A stretch of DNA of 64,000 bases from Phoronis australis (Eukaryota > Animalia > Phoronida), in the NCBI GenBank assembly GCA_002633005.1, contig NMRA01000192.1, forward strand, positions 141,279-205,278, written 5' to 3'. The position numbers and the translations under genes were made by a program. Under the pieces are notes generated by a model that saw nothing but the letters and a program-made list of their open reading frames with translations, was not told the origin of the DNA and ran no database searches. Shown here in pieces: positions 1-12,644 of this stretch (the first letter of the stretch is position 1; each line of letters opens with the position of its first letter).

Positions 1-773
1 AAGTCGTGAACGATCTTATTTCCTCTTCTGCGCGGTCCTGCGACATCTGGCGTTGAAGTTTCCAGCGTTCGTCTGCTTACGAACGTCAAACGAATACCCG
101 GACGTGTTCGTATTCACAATATGATAACAAACAGTGAGTGAGTGGCTTCTTTTTTCAAATGTATCTTAAAAACAGCATATTTCACTAATTCACTTTTTTG
201 GGCATTTTTGGGATATATTTTCGAAAATATTTATCGTTCAGATTTACTCAAACACGCGCTCCAGGGGTAGCTCGAACAATGTATTAAAATGTCCCAGGGT
301 TGATCAAGTTTTGTAAGGCCAAAACAATAAAATACAAAGCAACAATTGATGCTGGGTTTTTAGCGTTTTACATGAACAACCTCATTGAAAACGTCTGTGC
401 ACATCAAAGTTGGGTGCAAAACTTATAACAATTTATTTCAATTGAAACTGAATTAATAAACAATGCAATGCATTTTTGTGTCATCTAGAGTAACTGTACG
501 CTCTGTAGTTGACTTGTGAGGTCTTACTTCGTGTATTTCCGTCTAACCGAAACGGTCACGACTTTAGGGCCTCATTCAAAATGGCCGCCGATATCAGCGA
601 CCGTTTCAAAACTCTGCTTGCGGAGACAAACAAGGATTAAGATTGTCAAAACACGTATATTTGTGAAGGCTGACATATGTCCATGACATCACATGAGCAG
701 TTGGTAACGGACATTGGGTAGTATGACAATCGGCACTTATTATGCTTATATTCACGACTTTAGGTCACCGGTG
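1..773. mobile_element. Right-hand part of a non-autonomous Tc1/mariner-like TIR element (same family as 38570-40382); runs off the window start
   Basis: Ends ...CACGACTTTAGGTCACCGGTG followed by TA (774-775). 1-270 nearly matches 39333-39603 and 270-773 matches ~39870-40382. Confidence 0.75.
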
Positions 774-775
774 TA

Positions 776-1680
776 TACTTTATCTCTTAGTTTTTGGAAC
801 AGAAGTCTCCTGTTGACTTTGTCATAGTCAATAAAAGCTATGTATAATTTTTCTTTCAATTTCTTTGCAATGTCGATGAAGAGTCTGGTTCTGAGTATTT
901 GTTCTTTGCAATTCCTGCCTTTCTGCGCACCAGCCTATTCAGGTATCGGACAGCACCACATAAGAAACAATTCGCTAGTAAATGGTCATTCACCCTTGTA
1001 AGTAGATTCACGATGCCGATGCCCCGATGATTTATGTAGTGGAGCCTTTTTTGTGGATATTAAATATCTTCAATTGGCGCCACTGTAACGAGTACTCGCC
1101 ATGAAACACATTTTTAAGCAAATCTGTGAGCAAGACAATCCAGTCGTCGTCCAACGCTTTAAGTATGCTAGCTGTGAGCTCGTCAGTACCCGCTGCTTGA
1201 TTTGAACTGAGCTTACAAATTCAGGTAAACACCTCGTCAGGTGTGCAGTTACCATCCAACACCGTGACGTATACATCGGTACTGATATCTACTTCTTCAA
1301 CACTGGTGGATGCGTCGAACAAAAGGTGCCAGTAATGGGAACACACTTGGTCATCAGTTGGTTTGTCTAGGTCACCCAAAGGATCCCCGAATGACCCGCT
1401 TCAGTTAATAGCCCTCCATAACGATTTGAGATCTCTAGAGTTTAGAATTCCACGGGAAGACGTGTTTGTTATGCCTGGCTCCCGATTTTCAGTAATTTTA
1501 GCTGCGACACAAGGGTTATACGAGGAGTTTATGATCGTCTCGTAATGAGAGTTAACATGGTTCATAGATATTAAGTCCATTGATGGAGTTAGCATGTCTA
1601 TCGATAGAAAAAGTAAGTCTATCGATATAGTTAGCAACAGAGAAAAAAGTTGCCGTGTTTTACAGCCACCGTACATCTGC
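776..1680 (-). mobile_element. Decayed non-LTR retrotransposon ORF2 (reverse transcriptase) fragment, cut off at the Tc1-like element
   Basis: Manual minus-strand translation across frameshifts gives typical LINE RT motifs with stops: SRDLKSLWRAIN; VLDGNCTPDEV..AAGTDELTASILKALDDDWIVLLTDLLKNVF; IHKKG; E*AGAQKGRNCKEQIL; KLYIAFIDYDKVNRRLL. Confidence 0.7.
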
Positions 1681-1689
1681 TAGTGGTGC

Positions 1690-2400
1690 TTGGCATTTGA
1701 TCCAAGTTACTGTCCACAGAGTGTCCACAGCCACCATTGCCACGTCCGCTTGTCTGGTCATTTCAATAATTTACCCAAAAGATCATTGCTTACCAGAGCA
1801 AGTCAGGTCATCTGACTTTTACTTCTATCCATGGCTGTAAGGTTCAGCTATTCCCCAGAGCAAGCGTTCAGAGCAGAAGTTGCTTCCACACATCGTGTAT
1901 AGAATCTTTCAAACGAAGGTAAAAACGACAAGTGTCTAGACAAACTTCCGTAGCAGGGTAGGCCACATAACTCTGTTCTTGATGCTCGGTACTTGGTCTA
2001 ACTGTCCACAGATAGCACCCACAACATCAGCTGTTAGTCTGGTCATCTCGCTTTTAAACCTTCTGCCCTGATAGATTAGTGATTCCCCAGAACAAGTCTG
2101 GTTATCGCACTTTCACATCTGGCTAAGCGCGGTAGGGTCCAGTGAATTCCCAGAGTGTGAACAACAGAAGTTACTTCCCCTTACTGCGTGTTATTTCCTC
2201 TTTGCCCGTAACCAGGTAAACCGCATTCCACTGTTCTTGGTGTTTGGGATATGATCCCAGGTTAATAAGTACGGAGAGTTTCCACATCCACAACTGCGTT
2301 TGCTTGTCTAATCATCATTCTTTGATAGCTATCCCGCAAAGTAGAGTGGATTCCCCAGAATACGAGTCCGCATCATCAGTTGTGTCCTTTATAGCATTTA
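1690..2400. repeat. Degenerate tandem repeat of roughly 290-bp units, possibly a decayed repetitive coding region
   Basis: ACTGTCCACAGA, GTCTGGTCAT, TTCCCCAGA and CAGAAGTT(G/A)CTTCC recur in the same order at ~1710-1890 and ~2000-2180. A further GATTCCCCAGAA lies at ~2350. Confidence 0.4.
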
Positions 2401-3149
2401 ACGAGAAAGGCAATATCCAACTCAAGAGTAAAAACGTCAATTGTTTGAGTTCTGAAATTGCTTACACCACTGAGTTTCAGTCCTTCCTCTCGACGGCTCC
2501 AATGCACTGCACGAGTCTTTCGTGGGAGAAGTTATGTACTGACAGAGGAATTGTGACTGTCTTGAGCTTAGTCTGTGTCTGACATCAACAGCTTGATTGA
2601 TATTAGAGCAGACCAAGGTGACGATAACGGTAAGGATGTTGTGGAATGCGCTTTGATCCCATTACAAATCAATTGCACTTATACGTAAGTAAAACTCGGA
2701 AAACTTCGGGTGTACAACCTAACCCATCAATAATAGAAGTAAAGAATAAGTATTTCGCCACGTTCTACTAAAGAATTAGTATCCCCCGTGATTTATAGTA
2801 CCACTCAAGATGGGCTTGCAAATTGACAAAATGAAGAGGATTCAGGTTTGTCACGTTTTGATGGAGTAACAGTTTGAAAGCGAGTGGATACTTTTCGTGG
2901 TGAATGGCACAATAGAATTGATAAACAAAGCACCACCGTTTAGACAAAATCTTTGTTTGATAAATCTTAGAGGCTGTATGCAACAATTAACACGGGTTTG
3001 CTGCTTATTTCTACCTTTTTTGTCCTTGAACCTTGGCCATTGACTCGCGCAATAACGAGATCATCTTCAAAGGAGAATCTGAATGTTCACCAGTCCAATG
3101 AGACGACGGCTTATCGAAATACTATAAAATAATACGCTTAACAAGAAAA

Positions 3150-3410
3150 CACCACAACACGTTTATTGCACAGCAACTAGTTTCACAAAAATAAAAAATA
3201 GTATGGTCATGTAAACCTCTGAACTAAGTCCATACTTCATAACCATATGCGATACATAAAGTATGCTCTATATAATTCTTAAGAATACACAGTGATAAGT
3301 TAAAACAATATTAAAACACCACAGTTCCAATTAACAGGAAGAACAGGCTGTAGTATACAATGCAACACACTACAGTACAATACAGTGCAATACCGCAATA
3401 CCATACCACA
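3150..3410 (-). repeat. Diverged ~250-bp block ending in (TACAA)n-like pentamers; related copies at ~20075-20330 and ~21770-21990; candidate 3' UTR/polyA region of the receptor copies
   Basis: Shared anchors CACA(G/A)T(G/A)ATAAG..AACA(AT)ATTAAAAC and ATGCAA..TACA. TTTATT (AATAAA on minus) occurs at ~3163 and ~20093. Confidence 0.4.
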
Positions 3411-4345
3411 CTCCAACGTCGGCAATCAAGAAATTATTGATGAGGATCTAAGCTCTCTTTTTCTTTTGTGGTTTGTGCTGGAGAATTGTGTCTGATGGTT
3501 TGAATAACAAAGCATCTATACTAGTTTCGCTGAAGAGGCGCTTTTCTCCAAAATTTATTCACCAGCTGAAAGATGACTGTGTCGGAATAACCTGTGGGAT
3601 AGTTAGCTTAATTTTTATGACTGTATGCACTTTTAATTGTAGGAGCAAACCAAGAATAACAACTTGTTTACTGAGTAATTGAAAGTACTTTGTTACTACT
3701 TTACGACGCTTGCAGGACCAGGTAGACCTACATAGTGACATTTCAAGGGCAAAATGGCAACCAATAAATATGATTAGATAATATTACCACCTGTTTCAGT
3801 GCATTAAGAATTGGTGCAAGGGATATCACTTCATGGAAGGTTCTCGGAAGGATCTTGAAAAGGCAAAGGTCAACATACAACAACATACAAGAAGTTCATT
3901 GATTAAAAGTTTGCGTCTTATGTATAGTGGGTGGTGAGCTCCTATCGAACTGTTTTCGTCACGAAGGATTGTAACCAGGACGTGTATCATGGGTACTGGT
4001 ATCCAACCTACTTGTGTTGCGTCACACACTGGGAACCTCATAAAAGACGCAATCATATAGTATAAGCAGTTGGCTCCAAAAATGCCAACAGGATTGTCGT
4101 TCAAAAACATCGAGCTGAGCTTCAGATAACAGATAAGACGGGAATGCTTGCCAGTGTACTCTAGTAAAATGGCGGCCAATGAAATAATGAAGTGATTGCT
4201 TGGTGGGGTTGGAATCAAACGTTGCCATCGAGATTCATTTTTAATTTGGTTCTATCTGCTTGAAAATACATGCATATGCAGCCCAATAAATTTTCATCTT
4301 AACCTAAAAAGTCTACGCTCGTGGTGGGTTCAGTTAAGGATGTTG

Positions 4346-5131
4346 CTATTTTCGGCGGCAGACAATTGATGAAAGGGTGTACAAGTACGGATTAAACGCT
4401 GCATTAACTGGCAGGATGAATGCAGCCATCCAGGCAATAAAATCAGGTGAAACAACAGCTCCTGTAAAAGACAGGAAGCCAGCAATGACAATAGGCATCC
4501 AACAGCAAAACTCGGTGGCAACAACGAGGCTAAGTCGCTTAGCCAAAGCCACTTCTTTGTGACTTAACTTTTGTCCTGTGGCCTTTCTGCTTTTTCTCGT
4601 TGTCATATATATTAACACATAACTGACGGCAATGAAGAGAAAATCTATGAAGTTGTAAATTAACAAAACACCACGTTTAAAATGCTTGAAGGCACGTGAA
4701 GTTATTGTGAAAGGCAGACAGACTGAGGTTGCCCCATAAAATTCGTTCTGCTCTCCAAAGTAANTGAGTTTCGTAAGAGGTAGAGTGGACATAAGAGCCC
4801 AGAAAAGACCAATGGTCACCATAATAATACGTGCTTCACGCAAAGTGATTTTCTGCACGTTGAAGACAAACGCCAAGCTTATCAAGCGGTCAATTATAGA
4901 GATCACAAGCATTACTGAGACGAACATCTCACTCGAGAAAAATGCAAAGAAACCAGCCACTTTACACAAGGAACTGTTGCGACATCCAGCGTCATTGAGA
5001 AAATAATCTCCTTTAGTTAGGTAGTAAATGTCTGCACCGGCAACTATCATAAAGTAAACGCCTGAGAAGAAGTCCGAAATTGCTAGACTTACTACTACTA
5101 AAGATTTGACGTGTTTCAGAGTTGATTTCAT
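4346..5131 (-). CDS. Open 261-aa TM2-TM7 module of copy A, after the in-frame TGA at 5135-5137; expression unproven
   Basis: SLAISDFF (TM2), SSEM..IDR (TM3), VCLP, CWMP (TM6), LPVNAAFNPYLY (TM7). Roughly 85% identical to the 23313-24128 ORF. Confidence 0.35.
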   Translation of the reverse strand: MKSTLKHVKSLVVVSLAISDFFSGVYFMIVAGADIYYLTKGDYFLNDAGCRNSSLCKVAGFFAFFSSEMFVSVMLVISIIDRLISLAFVFNVQKITLREARIIMVTIGLFWALMSTLPLTKLXYFGEQNEFYGATSVCLPFTITSRAFKHFKRGVLLIYNFIDFLFIAVSYVLIYMTTRKSRKATGQKLSHKEVALAKRLSLVVATEFCCWMPIVIAGFLSFTGAVVSPDFIAWMAAFILPVNAAFNPYLYTLSSIVCRRK

Positions 5132-7186
5132 TCGTCACACAATGACACCAACGTTGCCTACAACAGACAGGACGCTTAAAACCCACAAGGCTACACGTAA
5201 AGGATAGCTAGAAATAAGGTTAGAGCAAGAAGAAAATGGATCCCGTTTCGACGTGCAATTGACATTTTCTGTTAAAATACAGCAAAATATAAAACTATAC
5301 GTTTGTAATTGGTTGATGTTGACAGCTTCAAACGCTTCAGAGTTAACTATAAGGTATGGATCGTCCCTCAAGTCAATTGATAGAGAACGTTGTAACTCTT
5401 TAAAAGCTTCGGAGGAAATCTTGTTTAGGTTGTTCGAGCTAAGCTTAAGAGTTACGAGTCTGAACTCGGTGAATAATGAAGCTGTCAATTTCTTCAAGTA
5501 ATTACCGCGAAGATTAAGATGGACTAAATTAATCAAATCCATAAACAATAAAACCGGAATGTAAATCAAGCCATTAAACGACAAGTGTAATCGGTAAAAC
5601 ATGAAATGGTAAGTAAATGTGTTGTTTCCTAAATGAATAGATTTTTTGTGAAAAAATATTGCCCTCATAGAGGTTGAAATTTTAGGTAGAGCCGTCATAT
5701 TACCGTTGTCACAATCTAAAACGTAACCAAGACAACGACGGCCGCCTGGACATGTAACATCAAGGTCGCATAGTTTCTTGTCTTCTCCACGGAACAGTCA
5801 GAGATACCATTACACACTTTCTCTTGATCTATACATATCTGTTCTCCGATGCATTTGAACGCACCAGGAAACGTGTAGCCTAATTGTGACAGTCAAGTTC
5901 ATCGTACCCACCGACACAATCTTAGACCCTGTCGCAAACGCTGTGGCGAGGGATACAGTAACTTTCGGGACATTTAAACAAACTTGGGCATTGAAAATCC
6001 TCACAGTTTACGAAATGGCTGTTATCCCGGCAACCGTGACTGGGAGCAACATTGTCGTACACGCATGCGTATGCTCGATTAAAGCACGCAGGGTGATTGC
6101 CGGTCTCTACACCTCGATTTGTCTGGTGAGTTGCAATACGGAAATATGACGTTCCCAATGACGCCGTCTTAATCACGAGTATATATGCCTTTCTGGTAAT
6201 GTCTTTTTTCGACCTCCTCAACTTCTTGAAAACCACGTGTGCAGTCTACACGTAAGTCACGTACCTCACTGGAAGAGACACATGCACCGTTGAAACACAG
6301 AAAGCCACGTACCACAAGCCGCGCAGTTCTAGCTCCATTGACATACAGCTTCTCTTTCATCTGACCCGTCTGTACAGTGTTTCATAAAATCACATATCAT
6401 GTTTTTTGGCACACATTGACTTGAAGAACACTGGAATTCGTCTGATAAACAAGGCGGAAATCTATAATCTTGCTCGTCTGACCTGTCCCCACAATCGTCT
6501 CCAAGTCAGAAAGAAGCGAAAGACTTACACATTTCCCAGTTTTACATCTGAAAAAAGTACACAGACAACTGCTTTAGCATAAGAATACAAGTAACGAGAC
6601 AAAATTAACCCAATATCCCGTATTATTCCAAAACGTGTCAAGAAATTTTTTTGTAGGGGTATAGTGATGAAAACAAAACAGCTTTGGATTTGCGCCACTT
6701 CACGGTCAAATTATCATGAATGTTTTCCACAAGGAAAAGATAGTTATATGTATGTACATTATTAAAAGTTTATGCGTACTTTACAAATCTAGGATTCTAA
6801 ACTATACCAAAGATTAAATATTTAATCTATGGCTATATACTCGAATACTTTCCCAGTTTTATAAAGCCGTCTGGCTAGCTACTTTCAATGTGTAATGCTG
6901 ACTGCCTGAATTGCGCGTGATTGTGATGATAATGGAGATAGCGGTGGTAATGATATTTGTGATGCCGAGCAGTGTATGAGTAGACAAGATGAATGTACAA
7001 ACTATCTTTAAAGTTTGTAACTGAAATTTATTTCGATGAATCAATCTTGTATGTAAACATGAAATATAAAAGGGTTCTTAGCTCAATTTTACTGTTTGAA
7101 AAAAGGTAATCGTTGACCTATAACATCGCTTAAGATTGTAATTCCTGGCGCAGACACGTTGTCTGACACCTGGCACGGGAGTTGGA

Positions 7187-8369
7187 AATTGACCTATCGC
7201 CAGGCTTATGACTGACGGCTTAAGCAACCAATCAGAACGCAGCATTCTCGACAAACTTTCGTCTGCGTTTACAAGCCGCCATTTTACCCGACAAATAATG
7301 TCGTTGTCGGCAAAGCTTATTTTAGTCTATAAATAAAAAATTGTGTGATACAAATGATGAAACGGTGTTCATAAGGCGTGTGTAGTTCGGACTGCCGTTA
7401 TACAATTAGAGAATAATATCATGTCATTTTTGGGCATTCCCTTAGCCGAAAAACTGTCGACTGTGTAAACGATAGGTCAAACTGTGAACGGCCACACGAC
7501 ACACGAGCAGCTAAACTTAACAATGTTGCTGGATTACTCGAATGTTAAACACAAATGTATTTGTTCCAAGATACGTTCTTTTCAGTTTGGTGGCTATACT
7601 GTAGACCTATCTGATTTTGACTCCGGAGTTTTACTCGTGTGGAGGCCTATGTCTCGGCATCCCAGCTAGACCCCAGCACAAGTCTAGCAGCAGTCCCCGG
7701 AAAGTTGTTTTTAGGGACATTTTTATTATTTTTCATTTATTTCGACCTATAATGGACATCCTCCTGTTTCAGTTTTTGTTATTCATATACCCGTAGGCTG
7801 GAGCTCAACTGAACTTCTCATCAAAATTGATAGACTCGATCGGCACATGCTGGGAGGGCACTAAGTTACAGAACTCAAAGCTTCATTCGAGCTGTTGTCA
7901 CGAAAAAATAAACAGTTGAATTACTTTTTGATGAGAACTTATANNNNNNNNNNNNNNNNNNNNNNNNNNNNNNNNNNNNNNNNNNNNNNNNNNNNNNNNN
8001 NNNNNNNNNNNNNNNNNNNNNNNNNNNNNNNNNNNNNNNNNNNNNNNNNNNNNNNNNNNNNNNNNNNNNNNNNNNNNNNNNNNNNNNNNNNNNNNNTCTT
8101 TGGATTATCGCTGGCTCCGAAATACTTTTGCTCGAACACTTTTTTCATCGTCGCAGCTTTACAAATTGACAAGTCACGAATATACGATTCTAAGCTGAAA
8201 AGTGCCGCCTGATGTCTTTGTCAAAGCGTTTTCGGAAAGTGCAAAAAAACGCCAATCAATTCCACCAGGAACGTCGTTTAGCGACTGTGTATCTGCCTCT
8301 GACATCTTGCTTGTTTGTCGGGTGTCACGTGACTTTTCGCTAAGAGGCGGAGCTTGCGATAGGTCAATT
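7187..8369 (+). mobile_element. Non-autonomous TIR DNA transposon with a THAP-domain remnant (ISL2EU/Harbinger-like), inserted in copy A
   Basis: Left end AATTGACCTATCGCCAGGCT, right end AGCTTGCGATAGGTCAATT (inverted). From 7354: MMKRCS*GVCSSDCRY...FP*PK...HEQLNL...KHKCICSK, a decayed THAP C2CH zinc finger. Contains the N-gap. Confidence 0.6.
7944..8096. other. Assembly gap
   Basis: Run of n. Confidence 1.
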
Positions 8370-9983
8370 ATAGCTTAAAAAGCATGGGAGAAACTACTTT
8401 GCACATTAAATGACCTTTGTACTGCAAGTCCCTTATTCGCACATCCACTGCGACAGTTTACAGTTTTTAAGAGTTTCCGAAGAAATAGATGTTTTGCAAC
8501 AAAGAACGTTTAGAGGAAGTGGTCTTGGGTTATTACAATCAACTTCAAGAAATTTCCAATCAAATACAGGTTCTTCGAACCAATTTCGATCGGTCTTTGG
8601 AGCCATCAGTAGTCTACAGGTTGATTTCACTCCCGACGGTGCAATCCATGTTGCTCCAATTTCTGGATTGAATCTTATAATCAACATAGTGTTTTGCGAC
8701 ACTAAAATGTCAGGGCTTGACAAGTTTCCGTCATGGCTTACGCAAGTATTTCTTGTTGCGGCAAACGAAATGGAATTCCATACATCATCCATGCTAGTTA
8801 AACGATAACACCTTCCATCTCAGTATATCCACCCAAACGCACAATGCATGGAGATTATATTCAGTTCTTTTGAACAATTCGCCTGCTCTTTATATTCACA
8901 AACAGAAAATGATTACCGTCCATCCAACGAAACGTTTCTTTGGGGAATTCGTTTAGACCTAAATATGTCGCTTAAGATGGTATGTCATTAACAAGATAAT
9001 TGTACACAACGCGCTACCATTTTGTTTTAAACATATCCCAGATAAATTTGTGTTCGGCTTTTGTGTTCAGCGTCAGTATATGTCCTCCACGTGATTCACA
9101 CTTTCTCTGAGCATCGAACCAGCTGGCAGACGATTGAGGTGCTATCGTGTAATATTTCCCGCCAAAATGACCGTCTGCTAAGTATCCCTTTGAACACCAA
9201 GGAGAGTTAACCATGGTGAAGGTCGTTCCGTTATTTCGAACTGCTCTGTATTTAATTATGAGGGGAGGTAACACGGCAAGATCGGTTTATATAGGTGAAT
9301 CGACACTTAGAGTTCGTATTGGAAATGGATAAGCTGGAGTGGTGCTTTTGGTGCAGAATCCTTTGTAACTATCGTATGTCGGCAAAAGAATGATTTTCAT
9401 AAAAGACCTTTCACAGTTACAAGAATGCATGTCGTCTATGTTCTTCTTTTTCACTTGGTTACAGCCACACACGTAGATATGGTCCACTATCTCAACATGT
9501 GTTAACACACAATGTCTGCAGAAGTAGATACTCAATTCGATGGAAACTCTGAAATGTGGTTACTCGGAACGTGCAATACCTGAATGTATCCCCTCATGGT
9601 GACTCGTTGTAGGCCTATTTTTTGAAAATCAGACATAATGTTGGCTGCGATGAAAAACCTAACTGCTACATCTGGCGATTTCCGATGTAATACCGACGTA
9701 AAGTGTGCATATGTAAGAGCCTTTTGGCCGAGTTCGGACACCACGTTTCGGAACCTGGCCGTCCCTTATGAGCTGGATATTTACCAAACTACAGTTCTTC
9801 CCCATGTATCAAAGCTATTTCTGAGTACTTTCTAGTGCCAGCCTGCAACAGCCATTCTAGATCTGACCCATGTGTCAAGTTAGCACAGTCAATGTATCCT
9901 ACCGCAAACTCCACTCGTTCCACAACAGTGCTTCGACACCAAAAGACAAGAAAGTAAAGTGTCGTAACTCCGAGGAGCGCCAT

Positions 9984-10310
9984 ACTTGATGTGAACCAAT
10001 CCAGAACACCAACGCTTAAGTACAGAGGACACGCCAGCAATTGGTGTAATTAAAGTCTGAACCACTTCTGTGTTTACCGTAAAACACACTTGACGCACTG
10101 AAAAATGCATAAAGCCACCTGGTCCATCCATCATTGGCAGCGTGCGTGTTAGGTGCGTGACCACGTCAACAATACTTGAAACCGTGCCATGGTCAATGAT
10201 TAATTATTTATTATCAACCTTTTAAGAGCATCACTATTCGAATTTTACCACTGACCTTGTTCACGTTCCGCAATGCAATTCTCTTGTGAGACATTTCCAG
10301 CGTCAACACT
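9984..10310 (-). promoter_or_regulatory. 5' flank (putative 5' UTR/promoter) of copy A, homologous to 29592-29945
   Basis: Shared blocks such as GGTGTAATT, TTTACCGT.AAACACA, AAAGCCACCTG, AAGAGCATCAC, CACTGA.CTTG and CAATTCTCTT in the same order upstream of both ATGs. Confidence 0.5.
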
Positions 10311-12644
10311 TAGTTTCATCCCATAATTCATCATTTCAGTCTAGTCGTCGAATCAGTGCAGTGGCCATTTTGCCAGTGCAAGGTTACGAGCCTATTCGCG
10401 AGAGAACACTTGTCTTGCGAAAGTACAAAAAAACAGTACTGCAATAAAATACGAGAGCGCTCGGAGGAGCGACACTTGGCGAAATTAACCGAAAAGAAGA
10501 CGATGGGGAGGACGACGACGATGATGACGATGAAGGCGGCAATTATGAACAACACGATAACATTCATGTGACTAGAGAAGAAATTACTAAGAAATAGACT
10601 GCAGTCTTGTTCAATAGAAGCTAAACCAACATCAATGCAGCAAGAGCGCTCAACAAAGGAACAGCGAAATAAGAAAATCTCGAATAATTCGTAGACGTCC
10701 TAGCGAAAACTGGAAAACATCATCTGAAAGCCCGTTCAAAACTCTATCTAAATTGATAGTAACGCACAATACCGTAATTTTTTCGAAAAAAGTGAAATTT
10801 TGCGTTTTTTTTAAATTCAAAGTCGAATAACTCGAAAACGGTAAGTCCGAGAAAAACGTTATCCTAGAACTTTTGAAAGAACATGCTTTAAGGAATCCAC
10901 ATGCAAAAATTCACGTCATTTGCGATACCCGTTAAAAATGCGAATGCAGAACGATCGAAAATGGGTGAAAATGCGCCAGAGCCGCCATCCTGAAAGTGAC
11001 TTCCAGTTAAACAAACGTTTATAATAGCCAATTAAACGAAACAAACAGCTGACGAGTTTGAAAATGATTGGTTCACCAAAGCGCCCTCTACAGGAGAAAA
11101 CTTTTCCGAGGTGCACATGCGCCATGGCCAATATTTCCGTCATCTTTGACTGGAAGTTAACGATTTACCGCTTATTTGTAGTACATGTGTTCTGTAATAA
11201 TCGTACCAAGTTTCAGCTCTGTACGTTGAAAAATGCGGCCTCTATGAGCATTTGAATCTGAAACCGTAAACAAAATGACCGCCACCTCCACCATTTTGAA
11301 TCCGATCATGACCAAAAACAATAGACTTTCAGGACTTCCAGATCTACACGTCGTGTGCGAATTTCGTGCGAGTCAGACGAAAATTGCGACCTGTAGAGCG
11401 CGAAAAAAAAACTTGACGGCAGACCAACATACTTGTCGGAATTCAAAGAATTCCGCCAAGTAATTACAGATCTTTGGAATAGCAAAATCAATAACAGAAG
11501 CCCCTGTGACAATTTAGCTTGTTCAAAGAACTTTAATTTCTATCTTGTGTTTATGAAATTGATGCTTCATCTAATTTATCCTGTTTCGAGTAAATCTACT
11601 ATTTGGCAAAACAAAGAGTTCAGTCCAAATGCATAAAACATGCTAAAATTACCCATAGACCTGCGGTAAGTTCTTTTCAGAAAAAAGTTTCTGATAAACC
11701 ACTCACTGCAAATTTGATGAAACGCCTCTGCAATTTGGTGAACTACAAAGCCAAATTGCTTTTCAGTGAGATCTGAAAGGAACGTATGTCCACTATCGTT
11801 GTCCGAGACTGACCGTAAATGGATCATGACTCAGAGGTCTGATTACTTCCACCGAGATTGGCTGGTCATCATCTTCATTTTGTGAGAAAGCTACGAATGA
11901 CATCCGATTTCTCAAGGTTGTCTCGAAAAATGTTTAGTCTCTGGTGAATGAGGATGTCTTTCCTCCTCTGTTCAGATTGGACGGCAACAAGTAAATGCCT
12001 GGAGCATTTACAATCATTTAAGAAACTAATCCGTGCAGTGGCGCTGCAACCACAGGTCCGCTAGTCGTGACTGACGCACGGAGATTAGTCTGGGGTCGGC
12101 AGACAATTTAATGGGTACAGTGAGGACGTGCCACGGAGACGGATGCCGTGTTTCGATTTCCTACAATAAGTTTTGGTCGCTTTTGCTCCGTTTCGCAAAA
12201 AAAATTGGGTTGTCGGTTTAAATTGAGATCTTATAAAAATGGAGAGGTTATTTTTTAATTGATACTAAGTTTCGGTCTGAATCCTGAGGTGGTCTGAATC
12301 CTGACGTGATTTTGGGCAGTCACTAGACAGGAGGATAGGGTAAGGCACACTTTTTCCTGATGAGCCATAAATATGGGTCATGTTTTAAGCTCTCTTTCAA
12401 TAGGTATAGAAATGGAGCACAGTTTCAGCTCTTCGTATAAACCTAGGACTATAATGATATTGCTTCCAGGTATAAAACTGACATAGATAAAACTTTTCAT
12501 TTTGGAAAGGTATGAATTTGAATATCGTCCCAAATTTGAAAGCTCTGCTAAATCTCTCGGGTGATTGCTGATAATGGTCACGTGGATGACAGAATATCCC
12601 AGTAAGTGCCATGAAATGTCAAAAATGAATCATTTCCCATTTAA

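Larger units (their letters stand above)
4346..9983 (-). pseudogene. Copy A: decayed GRL101-like CUB/C-type lectin/LDLa/LRR G-protein-coupled receptor
   Basis: Colinear with copy B: MALLGVTTLYFLVFWC from ATG 9983, CTL pieces at 9014-9274 and 8433-8792, exon-2 acceptor TTTCAG|A at 6548/6547, LDLa pieces, LRR-hinge-TM1 at 5135-5698, TM2-7 at 4346-5131. Lesions: frameshift ~9810, ~1.6-kb deletion at ~9535, deletion ~8915, loss of exon-1 end and donor, TE insertion 7187-8369, LDLa frameshifts, early C-tail stop. Confidence 0.9.

Noticed and set aside
3826-4218. 130-aa ORF downstream of copy A
   Set aside because: No ATG start, no domain similarity I recognise, and no counterpart downstream of copy B.
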